Of a stretch of 53,006 nt of DNA, positions 36,193-44,782 are shown piece after piece; position 1 is the first letter of the stretch, and the number at the start of each line of letters is the position of its first letter. The notes beneath the pieces are model-generated. The model did not search any database. It had not been told where the DNA came from and saw only the letters and a list, made by a program, of their open reading frames with translations. Position numbers and translations under genes: made by a program. Source of the DNA: Candidatus Moraniibacteriota bacterium (lineage in GTDB: Bacteria > Patescibacteriota > Minisyncoccia > Moranbacterales > UBA2206); assembly GCA_030679985.1 (NCBI GenBank), contig JAUXSI010000026.1, positions 1 through 53,006 on the forward strand. The letters are read 5' to 3'.

Positions 36193-37839
36193 CTATTTCC
36201 AAACCCTCCGGGTGGAGATATACCACTTGTCGATATTGGCGAAGCGCTCGGAAGGCAGGATCAGATTATTGACACCGATCCCCCGGACCTTCTTGTTGAC
36301 CGGGTAGATGTAATCAGGACTGTAGAGAAAAATAGCCGGAATTTCTTCGTTCAATTTCTTTTGCAGTTCGGCATAAACCGCAGTCCTTTTGTCCGTGTCG
36401 AATTCGATTCGGCCATCTTCGATCAGTTTGTCGGTATCGGAATCCCCGAAAAGCGACAGGTTCAAGCCCGGATCCCTTTTTTGCGAAGAATGCCAGAAAG
36501 AATATGGATCGGGGTCGGCGCCGAGGACCTGGCCGAACAGGAGCGCGTCGTATTCCCGCGGCCGGATATAATTCTGTTGGATATCGGAAATGGAAAGGTT
36601 GCTGATATTGAGCCTGATTCCGGCTTTCTCCCACTGGTTTTTCAATATTTCAGCCGTCTGGGACAGTTCCGGCCAATCGGTCGTGACCAGGTTGATTTCC
36701 AAACGCACCTCGTCTTTGGTCCGGACGCCATCCTCGCCGCGTTGCCAGCCGTTGGCGTCCAGCAATTGGTTGGCCTTGTCTAAGTCGAAATTCCGCTTAT
36801 CCATATTCTCGTCGTAACCGATCATTCCGGGCAGGATGGGCGAATAGACCGGATTGCCGTTGCCATCCAGGACCGCGTCGACGATCTCTTGGCGGTTAGT
36901 AGAATAAGACAGCGCTTCGCGCACTTCGTCGGTGGCGACGGCTATGCTCTTGGATTGGTTGAAAAAGACCGCGAAATATCTCGGGATGTTGAACTTGTGG
37001 GTCGCGGTGCTTTGCTGCAGCTTTATGGCGGAGATTTTTTTCGGAGAGGTGTTGCTGATGCTCATAATCTCCTTGGTGTTGTAGGCGGCGATGACGGTTT
37101 CGTCATCAGGATAAAAATTGAAGGTTATTTTCGAGATGTAGGGTTTGCCGGCGAAATAATTCGGATTGGCATCCAGCCGGTAGGAGAGGATGTTACCTTT
37201 GGAATCCTTTTGGAACGAATTATATTTGTAAGGTCCGCTGCCGATCGGTTCGAGATTCAGGTCGGTCAGGGAGAATTTGTCCGGGCCGACCGATTCCCAG
37301 ATGTGCTTGGGCAGTATTCCGAATGTCAGGTTATTCAAGAAACCGACATACGGAGTCTTTATCTTAAATTCCAGGGAATAGTCATCAAGGATGTTCGTTT
37401 CGATGCCTTGCCAATTCGAGCGCAACGGACTTTTGTAGGCTGGATCGGAAATAAGGTTGATGGTGAACAGTACATCAGACGCGGTCAAGGGTTGTCCGTC
37501 ATGCCAAAAGACGCCTTTTTTGAGATTAATCGCATAGCGGGTTTTGTCCTCGGAAATTTCGTAGCGGTCGACCAGGTCATTGGATAGGCCGCCTTGGTCG
37601 TCATATTTGAACAGGCTGCTGAAAATCGTTTGCACCAAATCATCATCAGTGTCGTTGGAGGCGGATAGGACCGGATTTATGTGCATCGGCTGGCCCACGA
37701 TCCCTTCGATGTATTCCCCGCCGTAAGTGGCGATGGCCTCGGTTTTTGAATAGTAATAGATGCCTCCCCAACTGATTGCCGAGCCGATCAGGATGAGAAA
37801 AAGGGAATAAAAAAGGACTTTTTCTTTTAGATTGAGCAC
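36193..37839 (-). CDS. ABC transporter family-5 (OppA/DppA-like) solute-binding protein; true start may lie upstream
   Basis: FWHDGQPLTASDV.FT, PIGSGPYK, VREAL.....R, P..FLY; N-terminal TM anchor; frame open to 37908. Confidence 0.9.
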   Translation of the reverse strand: MLNLKEKVLFYSLFLILIGSAISWGGIYYYSKTEAIATYGGEYIEGIVGQPMHINPVLSASNDTDDDLVQTIFSSLFKYDDQGGLSNDLVDRYEISEDKTRYAINLKKGVFWHDGQPLTASDVLFTINLISDPAYKSPLRSNWQGIETNILDDYSLEFKIKTPYVGFLNNLTFGILPKHIWESVGPDKFSLTDLNLEPIGSGPYKYNSFQKDSKGNILSYRLDANPNYFAGKPYISKITFNFYPDDETVIAAYNTKEIMSISNTSPKKISAIKLQQSTATHKFNIPRYFAVFFNQSKSIAVATDEVREALSYSTNRQEIVDAVLDGNGNPVYSPILPGMIGYDENMDKRNFDLDKANQLLDANGWQRGEDGVRTKDEVRLEINLVTTDWPELSQTAEILKNQWEKAGIRLNISNLSISDIQQNYIRPREYDALLFGQVLGADPDPYSFWHSSQKRDPGLNLSLFGDSDTDKLIEDGRIEFDTDKRTAVYAELQKKLNEEIPAIFLYSPDYIYPVNKKVRGIGVNNLILPSERFANIDKWYISTRRVWK

Positions 37840-37915
37840 TCGGACTATTTTCGGCCATTGCGTAAGCGACGGCCAGCGGTTTGTACTGTTATTACGTATA
37901 TGTTTGCGTTACTGC

Positions 37916-38146
37916 TTAAGAAATCTGGCTGACCGCGATCAGGTTGGCGATCGCCAAGATGATGAAAATGACAGCTAGGGCGGAAGACAGGATGACCAGG
38001 AATTTTTCGAAGCCTCTTTTGCTGTAATATCCTCCGAAGTCCCCGCCGAAGCTGGAGGAAAGTCCGGCGCCCCGGTTTTGCATCAGGATGGATAGGATGA
38101 GCAGGATGGCGACGATGATTTCGCCGATGTTGATGAGTCTTAACAT
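37916..38146 (-). CDS. secG: Preprotein translocase subunit SecG
   Basis: Two TMs flanking ILMQNRGAGLSSSFGG...RGFEKFL. Confidence 0.93.
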   Translation of the reverse strand: MLRLINIGEIIVAILLILSILMQNRGAGLSSSFGGDFGGYYSKRGFEKFLVILSSALAVIFIILAIANLIAVSQIS

Positions 38147-38150
38147 AAGT

Positions 38151-38513
38151 TTAAAATTTATTGAAATCAGTTTTATCCCTGTGCAGGTGGGAGATAAAAT
38201 GATTCATTATGCTTAATATGATTACTCCCCAAAAAGCCGGCCAAAAACCCTGGATCGTCAGTTGCGCGAGAAGCTTGTCGGCCAGAAGCAGAAGGCCGAC
38301 ATTGATGATTATGCTGAAAAGTCCAAGGGTCAAGAAAACGACGGGCAGGGCGATTATTTCGATTACGGGCTTGACCAAAGCGTTGATGAGGCCGATTACT
38401 ACGCCGGCCGTCAGCAGGTCGATCGGGGAACCACTGAAAATAAAGCCCGGAATGAGCTTTGTGGCTATCAAAATCGCTACACAATTGGCTAAAATCCTGA
38501 GTAGGATCCGCAT
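38151..38513 (-). CDS. Phage holin family 4 / YvlD-like membrane protein
   Basis: GLINALVKP.....ALP..FLTLGLF..IIN...GFWPAFWG. Confidence 0.88.
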   Translation of the reverse strand: MRILLRILANCVAILIATKLIPGFIFSGSPIDLLTAGVVIGLINALVKPVIEIIALPVVFLTLGLFSIIINVGLLLLADKLLAQLTIQGFWPAFWGVIILSIMNHFISHLHRDKTDFNKF

Positions 38514-38549
38514 ATGTTTGATAAATAAGACTTATGGCAGTCTAACACG

Positions 38550-38693
38550 TCAAGCGCGTTTGGTCAATCCGGCCGGATCGGATTTTTTCGCGATGATGGT
38601 TTTGAGCCCGAAGACGCTTTTGCCGGAAACTTTCATTTTCGTTTTCTTTTTGACCTCACGGGTTTCAGCTTTGATTTTTGTCCGTACTTTCAT
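38550..38693 (-). CDS. 47-aa basic microprotein (not in ORF track)
   Basis: MKVRTKIKAETREVKKKTKMKVSGKSVFGLKTIIAKKSDPAGLTKRA*; TGcTATAAT extended -10 directly upstream on the minus strand, implying a nearly leaderless transcript. Confidence 0.6.
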   Translation of the reverse strand: MKVRTKIKAETREVKKKTKMKVSGKSVFGLKTIIAKKSDPAGLTKRA

Positions 38694-38737
38694 ATCTGAA
38701 TTATAGCATAAAATGTCCTATTTTACACAAAATATCC

Positions 38738-38809
38738 TTGACTTAGGGCCAAAAACATGCTATATTTAATGTAAGTTAAAAGACGGGTGAGTTTTCACCC
38801 GTCTTTTTT
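38738..38809 (+). promoter_or_regulatory. Promoter followed by perfect CGGGTGA hairpin and T tract
   Basis: TTGACT-17 bp-TATATT (TGn extended), then AAAAGACGGGTGA-GTTT-TCACCCGTCTTTTTT. Confidence 0.7.
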
Positions 38810-38837
38810 ACTTCATAAATAATTAAAATAAAAACAA

Positions 38838-39818
38838 ATGAGTAAAGAACAACCAATAAGTCCAAATAGAGAAAGATTTGATGAACTTGAAGAAAGGGCT
38901 AAAGCAATAAATGAGCGTTTTACAAAAGTAGGCAGTATGAATGAGGCTGTATCGCTGGGTTATCAATCAAGTTCGGTGGAGAATATGAAAAAAGGACTTA
39001 AAATGCAAAATGAAGATGAGGCCTATGGTATAGAAGATAGTAGAAAGCAGCTTTCAGAAGCTGCAGTTTTAGGTAATGCAGACAAGATTATAGAATTGGG
39101 ACAACAAATGAAAGTTTTGCAGCAAGGCGGTATAAGCGAGAAAAGCATAATGGAAAATAACGAAGCAAAGATTATTGAAGTTCGATCGAAGTTAGGTGAG
39201 TCTGGGGGGAATCCAAAAATTGAGGAATTACTCGAAGAGAAGTTCGAAGGCCCTTCCTTTGGATATGATACTGTTACTAGGAATGGCGGAGAAGTCGTTG
39301 CTTTTAAAGGAGAGAATGTTAAAGATCTTCAGAAAGGAAATAAAATTGAGCTTAATAGAGACGCTAATGGTATTAAAGCAGGAGAAGAAGTGTATATAAT
39401 TAGGCTTTCTGATCCAAGGGGGGATAATTTAGATTTTTCCTTGTATGTTAAGACTGATGATGGTCGGAGTGCTTCAATAGGCCTCGGATACATTGCAAAT
39501 AGAGAGCAAGAAAGACAAGAATTAATTGATGAAAATGAATTAGGTAAGATAATTGATAATATAGCAGGAAAGAAGGGTATTTTAGAAAAAAATGGCAATG
39601 AAGATATCTATACTTACAAAGATAATAAAACTGATTTGGTTATCATTCGCGACATTACTCACTATAATAATCCTCCCTATTTTGGTGAAGGCTTAGTTGT
39701 TAAATATAAAGGGGAGGTAGTTTTTAAAAGGGCTGGTCTTAAAGTCTCTGTTAATGAAGGCGGAAGTTTTAATGGAGATTGGCTTAAAAGAATAAAAGAA
39801 ATAGATAGTGAGAAATAA
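38838..39818 (+). CDS. Hypothetical protein, AT-rich
   Basis: 326-aa ORF with its own promoter and terminator; no family recognised. Confidence 0.8.
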   Translation: MSKEQPISPNRERFDELEERAKAINERFTKVGSMNEAVSLGYQSSSVENMKKGLKMQNEDEAYGIEDSRKQLSEAAVLGNADKIIELGQQMKVLQQGGISEKSIMENNEAKIIEVRSKLGESGGNPKIEELLEEKFEGPSFGYDTVTRNGGEVVAFKGENVKDLQKGNKIELNRDANGIKAGEEVYIIRLSDPRGDNLDFSLYVKTDDGRSASIGLGYIANREQERQELIDENELGKIIDNIAGKKGILEKNGNEDIYTYKDNKTDLVIIRDITHYNNPPYFGEGLVVKYKGEVVFKRAGLKVSVNEGGSFNGDWLKRIKEIDSEK

Positions 39819-39835
39819 AAGTGAGTAACGATTAG

Positions 39836-39865
39836 CTCCGGAGGTTCAACCTTCGGAGTTTTTTT
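39836..39865 (+). terminator. Intrinsic terminator
   Basis: CTCCGGAGGT-TCA-ACCTTCGGAG followed by T7. Confidence 0.85.
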
Positions 39866-39936
39866 GTGCGTGGAAATTATTGCTGTGTTTCCTTGTAATT
39901 AATAGCGGATTGGATTAAAGTTAACGGTATGAAATT

Positions 39937-39971
39937 CCCCGTAAAATGATTCGTGGCGAATCATCACGGGG
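39937..39971. repeat. REP-like bulged palindrome upstream of uvrB
   Basis: CCCCGT..ATGATTCG-TGG-CGAATCAT.ACGGGG; single copy in the window. Confidence 0.45.
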
Positions 39972-39996
39972 CAAGCCAAGTTAAGTAAATTTTAGT

Positions 39997-41955
39997 ATGC
40001 AATTTAAGATTAACAGTAAATACAAGCCGGCTGGGGACCAGCCGCAGGCGATTGAGAAACTGGTGGCCGGCCTCAAAACTGGCAATAAATTCCAGACGCT
40101 TTTAGGCGTGACAGGGTCGGGCAAAACTTTCACGATCGCCAATGTGATCGAGCAGGTGCAGAAGCCGACTTTGGTGATCGCGCCCAACAAGACTTTGGCG
40201 GCCCAGTTGGCCCAGGAATTCCGGACTTTTTTCCCGAAAAACGCGGTGGAATATTTCGTGTCCTACTATGACTATTACCAGCCGGAAGCCTACATCGCTT
40301 CCTCTGATACGTATATTGAAAAGGAATCCCAGATCAATGAAGAGATTGACCGGTTGCGCCATGCTTCGACGGCCGCCCTGCTGTCGCGGGAGGATGTGAT
40401 TATCGTGGCTTCGGTGTCGTGCATCTACGGTTTGGGCTCCCCGGAATATTACCGGGATATTTCGCTGGAAATCAAAGTCGGGCAGAAAATATCGCGCGAC
40501 GAGATTGCGAGCGAGCTTGTCGATATGCAATATCTGCGGACGGACATTTTGGGACGCAGCAAATTCCGTATGACCGGGGAGACGATCGAAGTGATGTCGC
40601 CGGCACGGGAAATCGTGACGCGCATCGAGCTCTGGGACGGGCAGGTGGAAAAGATTTTTGAATATGATTTTTTGACCGGCAGTGAATTGGGCCGGCTTGG
40701 GCAAGCGATGATTTTCCCGGCTAAGCATTTCGTGGTGCCGGAGCCGATCATGCAAGAAGCGCAAAGCGCGATTGAAAAAGATCTGGCAAGCCAAGTCGCC
40801 CTTCTGAAAAATGCCGGCAAGTTGCTGGAAGCGGAGCGGTTGAGCCGGCGCACGCGCCAGGATATCGAAATGATGCGCGAAATCGGCTATTGCAACGGCA
40901 TTGAGAATTATTCGCGCTATCTGACGGGGCGCAATGCGGGGGAGGCGCCCGACACTTTGATCGATTATTTCCCTAAGGACTTTTTGATGGTCGTTGACGA
41001 ATCGCACGTGACCATCCCGCAGATCGGCGGGATGTTCAACGGGGATTATTCGCGCAAGAAATCTTTGGTGGACAACGGCTTCCGCCTGCCGAGCGCCTTT
41101 GATAACCGGCCGTTGAAATTTCCGGAATTTGAGAAAAAAATAAAGCAGTTGATATTCACTTCGGCGACGCCGTCCGTGTATGAAAAAGAACATTCGGAGC
41201 AAGTGGTGGAGCAGATTATCCGACCGACGGGACTTATCGATCCGGAAGTCATCATTAAGCCGGCCAAGGGGCAAGTGAAAGATGTCTTGCCGGAAATCGA
41301 AAAAATCGTCGCGAAAAAAGAACGGGTGCTGATCACGACGCTGACGAAAAAAATGGCCGAAGATTTGTCGGAATTCCTGCTGGAAAACAAAATCAAGGCG
41401 GACTATCTGCACTCTTCGGTCGAAACGTTGGACCGCATCCGCATTTTGGAAAACCTGCGACGCGGCGAATTCGACGTGCTGGTGGGCGTGAACCTTTTGC
41501 GGGAAGGTTTGGATCTGCCGGAAGTGTCCCTGGTCGCGATTTTGGACGCGGACAAGGAAGGTTTTTTGCGCAGCGAAACCTCGCTGATCCAGACGATCGG
41601 GCGGGCGGCGCGCAATGTTTCAGGCAAAGTCATTTTATACGCGGACCAAATCACCGGTTCGATGAAGCGGGCGATCGACGAGACCAACCGGCGGCGGGCG
41701 GTGCAGACGGCTTATAATAAAAAACACCACATAACGCCCAAAACGATCAAGAAAAACATCGAATCGATAGTGGACCATGAGATCAAACCGGAGCTTACGC
41801 GCGATTTCACGGAACTGGAATCTTTGGAAGATATCCAGGGCTATATCAAACAGAAAGAGCGCGAGATGAAAGAGGCTTCCAAACTTTTGCAATTCGAGAA
41901 AGCGGCGGTTATCCGGGATGAAATCGCCGAGTTGCGCAAGTTGCAATTGAAATAG
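39997..41955 (+). CDS. uvrB: Excinuclease ABC subunit B
   Basis: PAGDQP.AI, GVTGSGKT, YYDYYQPEAY, DESH, NLLREGLD, GRAARN, C-terminal UVR domain. Confidence 0.99.
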   Translation: MQFKINSKYKPAGDQPQAIEKLVAGLKTGNKFQTLLGVTGSGKTFTIANVIEQVQKPTLVIAPNKTLAAQLAQEFRTFFPKNAVEYFVSYYDYYQPEAYIASSDTYIEKESQINEEIDRLRHASTAALLSREDVIIVASVSCIYGLGSPEYYRDISLEIKVGQKISRDEIASELVDMQYLRTDILGRSKFRMTGETIEVMSPAREIVTRIELWDGQVEKIFEYDFLTGSELGRLGQAMIFPAKHFVVPEPIMQEAQSAIEKDLASQVALLKNAGKLLEAERLSRRTRQDIEMMREIGYCNGIENYSRYLTGRNAGEAPDTLIDYFPKDFLMVVDESHVTIPQIGGMFNGDYSRKKSLVDNGFRLPSAFDNRPLKFPEFEKKIKQLIFTSATPSVYEKEHSEQVVEQIIRPTGLIDPEVIIKPAKGQVKDVLPEIEKIVAKKERVLITTLTKKMAEDLSEFLLENKIKADYLHSSVETLDRIRILENLRRGEFDVLVGVNLLREGLDLPEVSLVAILDADKEGFLRSETSLIQTIGRAARNVSGKVILYADQITGSMKRAIDETNRRRAVQTAYNKKHHITPKTIKKNIESIVDHEIKPELTRDFTELESLEDIQGYIKQKEREMKEASKLLQFEKAAVIRDEIAELRKLQLK

Positions 41956-41977
41956 GTCTGGGCCAGGCAGGGACTAT

Positions 41978-42006
41978 TTTACTCTAAAAAACATCCATGT
42001 TAAAAT
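41978..42006 (+). promoter_or_regulatory. Promoter of the RelA/SpoT-like gene
   Basis: TTTACT-17 bp-TAAAAT with TGn extension. Confidence 0.6.
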
Positions 42007-42039
42007 TATGAAAAGCAGTAAAACAAGGATTTCAAAAAT

Positions 42040-43449
42040 ATGATCAAAGAAGGACCGATGATGGGCGGCATACCGACGCAACAAAGCAAGGATGTCCCGA
42101 AGACGGAAAAATTCCAGCAATGGTATCCGATCACTGATTTGTATCGGAATGCTCCGGATAAAAAGCAATTTATGGACGCGATGAGGAAGGGCGGGATAAA
42201 TATCAAGGGAGAAAATATAACGCCCATAGATTTTTTCGCAACAAGCCCGGATTTATCGGATGATGAGATAATTGAGGCGATCGAGGGATATCTGGATGTG
42301 GAAAATCTGGAAAATAAAATAGAAGCACTCAACGATGCCTTGGTAAAAGCTAAAGATTACATTGAAAATTATTTGCATAAAGATCTTCCTAAGGAAATAA
42401 AAAACCTGAAGGACATAAAAAGCACTGCGGACATAATAAAAATATTCAAAAGGACCGTGGTGGCGAAGGAGGGTGAGGGAGTCGGTTTGTCACCGGCATA
42501 TTGCGCGCTTATTTCAGTGGCGGTAGCGTCTTTTGAATTTGGAAAAAAAGAAATGGATGGCTTGACGAAAGAAAGCGAGTTTCTGTATGAATCTATGTTC
42601 AAAGCGGATGAGAACACGGGGGTCCAAAATTTCCATTGTCCGCAAAAGGAGCGGACCGGGTATGATAAGGTTATCATTTATGATGATGTCGATCAGAGCA
42701 CGGTCATAGGCAACGCTTATTTCAGAGGTAAAAATGAAGATAGCTTGATATCAAAATTCATAAACAAGCCGGAAGCTACGGCTGAAGAGGCGGCTAAGGA
42801 CGGAATCGGCTTTAAGTTCGAAGTGAAGACCGTAGAGGACATCAAGAAGGTGGTCCCGGTTGTCGCGAGATATTTCAAGAAAAATTTCGGAGCCAAAGAT
42901 TTTGTTTTTGGAAATACCAAGCTTCTCGACCAGGCTGATATAGACGAGGTCAGGGAAAAAAGTGAAAAACAGCTTGGCGCATTGGGCGAGGGATCACTTA
43001 CCGTGGTGAATTATAAAAATGAATATTCCAATAAGAATTTCAAAAAATTCGGCATAAATGGAAATTTGTATGTTCCGGTGAGAGGCGATGTCGATGGGAT
43101 GAGGATCAAGCGGCAATTCGAAGTCCAAATCGTTCTGGTGGATAATGATAATGAAACAGGATTTTCCAACCATTTTGTTTATGAAATGGCTAAAAAACTT
43201 TCAGTCGTCACGAGGTTGTTCGGATCTTTTACGGAAAAATATTTGGATATAGTTTGCAATGAAGCCAGCGTGGAATCCGGGATTTCCATTGAAAAAATAA
43301 AAAGATATATGAAAGACAGTTTTTTGGTGGAAATAGAAGCCCATGGGTATTCCAGAAAGAGATATGCCAGCCGGAAAACCGCCACAAGGTTCCTGAAATC
43401 CGGTATTTTTCCAGACAAACAGATCGGAATAAGGGACATCAGACCGTAA
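42040..43449 (+). CDS. Divergent RelA/SpoT synthetase-domain protein (small alarmone synthetase-like)
   Basis: RGKNEDS (42724), DGIG (42799), EVQI (43120), HFVYE (43171) in RSH synthetase motif order; no HD hydrolase motif. Confidence 0.65.
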   Translation: MIKEGPMMGGIPTQQSKDVPKTEKFQQWYPITDLYRNAPDKKQFMDAMRKGGINIKGENITPIDFFATSPDLSDDEIIEAIEGYLDVENLENKIEALNDALVKAKDYIENYLHKDLPKEIKNLKDIKSTADIIKIFKRTVVAKEGEGVGLSPAYCALISVAVASFEFGKKEMDGLTKESEFLYESMFKADENTGVQNFHCPQKERTGYDKVIIYDDVDQSTVIGNAYFRGKNEDSLISKFINKPEATAEEAAKDGIGFKFEVKTVEDIKKVVPVVARYFKKNFGAKDFVFGNTKLLDQADIDEVREKSEKQLGALGEGSLTVVNYKNEYSNKNFKKFGINGNLYVPVRGDVDGMRIKRQFEVQIVLVDNDNETGFSNHFVYEMAKKLSVVTRLFGSFTEKYLDIVCNEASVESGISIEKIKRYMKDSFLVEIEAHGYSRKRYASRKTATRFLKSGIFPDKQIGIRDIRP

Positions 43450-43593
43450 TGATTGCACAGGGAACGTGTCTGGCGATGCCTTTGGCGCGTATTGTGCAAA
43501 AAAGGATGGCAGTGTAAAATGGGTAAATAAACAATTAATTGATCCCGTTAAAAATGTCCAGAGTGTTTTGACGCTATGTGATGGATTGCCGGG

Positions 43594-44634
43594 ATGGATA
43601 AGATCATGGAAGAGACAAAAGTTGAAACAGCCGAAATTGAGGAGGCCAAGACGGAAGGAAAGCGGTTGCAGGTCCTTAGCGACAGGTGCCGGAAGATTTT
43701 TTGTGAGAAAAAGCGTCCGATTATCGCCGGACTGGCGGTTTTGCTGGTCATCGCGATCGGAGTCGGCGTGTATTTCTATAAATTCAGGACCGAGGATATC
43801 GGTTTGGAGGGCGCCAAGAACAAGGTCTTGGAATTCGTGAACGGCAATTTGTTGCAACCCGGGACGGTTGCGACCGTGGAAGACGCTGAGCGGGAGGGCG
43901 GTTTGTACAAAATCACCATAAATATCGCCGGAAAACAGAAAGTGGCGACCTACCTGACCAAGGACGGCAAGAAGTTTTTCCCGGAGGGCATGGATACGGA
44001 TGTCGAGAAGCGGGAAGTCGCCGAAAAGCAACCCGAGGAAGTGAAGGAAGTCCCTAAAAATGACAAGCCGGTCATCGATCTGTATGTGATGAGTTTTTGC
44101 CCTTTCGGAAACAAGGCCGAAGACACCTTGAAACCGGCGTATGATTTGTTGAAGAAAAAAGTCGATTTCAATTTCCATTATATCGTAAGCTCCAATGGCG
44201 AAGAGATCCTGTCGCTCCATGGGCCGAAAGAAGTCGCGCAGAACGAAAGGGAAGCTTGCGTGTTGAAAAATTATGGCAAGGACAGATGGTTTTCTTTCGT
44301 AGCCTACGTGAATAAGAATTGCGGCAGTGACGGGGCTTGCTGGGAAACCGGGATAAGGAGTATGGGCTTGTCAGTGGACAAAATAAACAACTGCGTCAAT
44401 TCGGAAGGCTCGGCCTTGATGAAAGAAAATGAAAAGGCTTCGACGGAAGCCGGCGCCCAGGGATCTCCGACGATGTTGATCAACGGGGTTCCGACCAGGA
44501 CGGTATATCAATATGGTAATTCCGAGGTTTACAAACAGGTGGTTTGCGACGCTTTCAATAAGGCTCCGGCCGAGTGCGCGAAAAAATTGAGCACGCAAGC
44601 GGCAGTGACGGAAGGCGGCAGCTGCGGAAATTAG
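43594..44634 (+). CDS. Membrane-anchored thioredoxin/DsbA-fold protein (CPFG)
   Basis: TM anchor, LYVMSFCPFG, SLHG..E...N..EAC, cis-Pro loop GSPTMLING. Confidence 0.85.
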   Translation: MDKIMEETKVETAEIEEAKTEGKRLQVLSDRCRKIFCEKKRPIIAGLAVLLVIAIGVGVYFYKFRTEDIGLEGAKNKVLEFVNGNLLQPGTVATVEDAEREGGLYKITINIAGKQKVATYLTKDGKKFFPEGMDTDVEKREVAEKQPEEVKEVPKNDKPVIDLYVMSFCPFGNKAEDTLKPAYDLLKKKVDFNFHYIVSSNGEEILSLHGPKEVAQNEREACVLKNYGKDRWFSFVAYVNKNCGSDGACWETGIRSMGLSVDKINNCVNSEGSALMKENEKASTEAGAQGSPTMLINGVPTRTVYQYGNSEVYKQVVCDAFNKAPAECAKKLSTQAAVTEGGSCGN

Positions 44635-44651
44635 GACGGACTTAGGAAAAG

Positions 44652-44683
44652 AAAAAAGGGATTCCTGCGGGAATCCCTTTTTT
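44652..44683 (+). terminator. Intrinsic terminator
   Basis: AAAAAAGGGATTCC-TGCG-GGAATCCCTTTTTT. Confidence 0.9.
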
Positions 44684-44782
44684 GTCGGGCTGCCCGCTGA
44701 AAAACGGATCGGGAAGGGAATGGTTTTTCGGGGACGGTTGTAATACGGATTGGGACTGGAAATAATTCGAAAACATAAAGCT

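Noticed and set aside
38151..38513. Prophage suggested by the holin-family gene and tailspike-like protein
   Set aside because: No integrase, capsid, terminase or lysin; this membrane family is commonly chromosomal and sits with secG.
41956..41972. GTCTGGGCCAGGCAGGG after uvrB as a fourth copy of the 20-bp palindrome
   Set aside because: Only the CAGGCAGG half matches; too degenerate to call.
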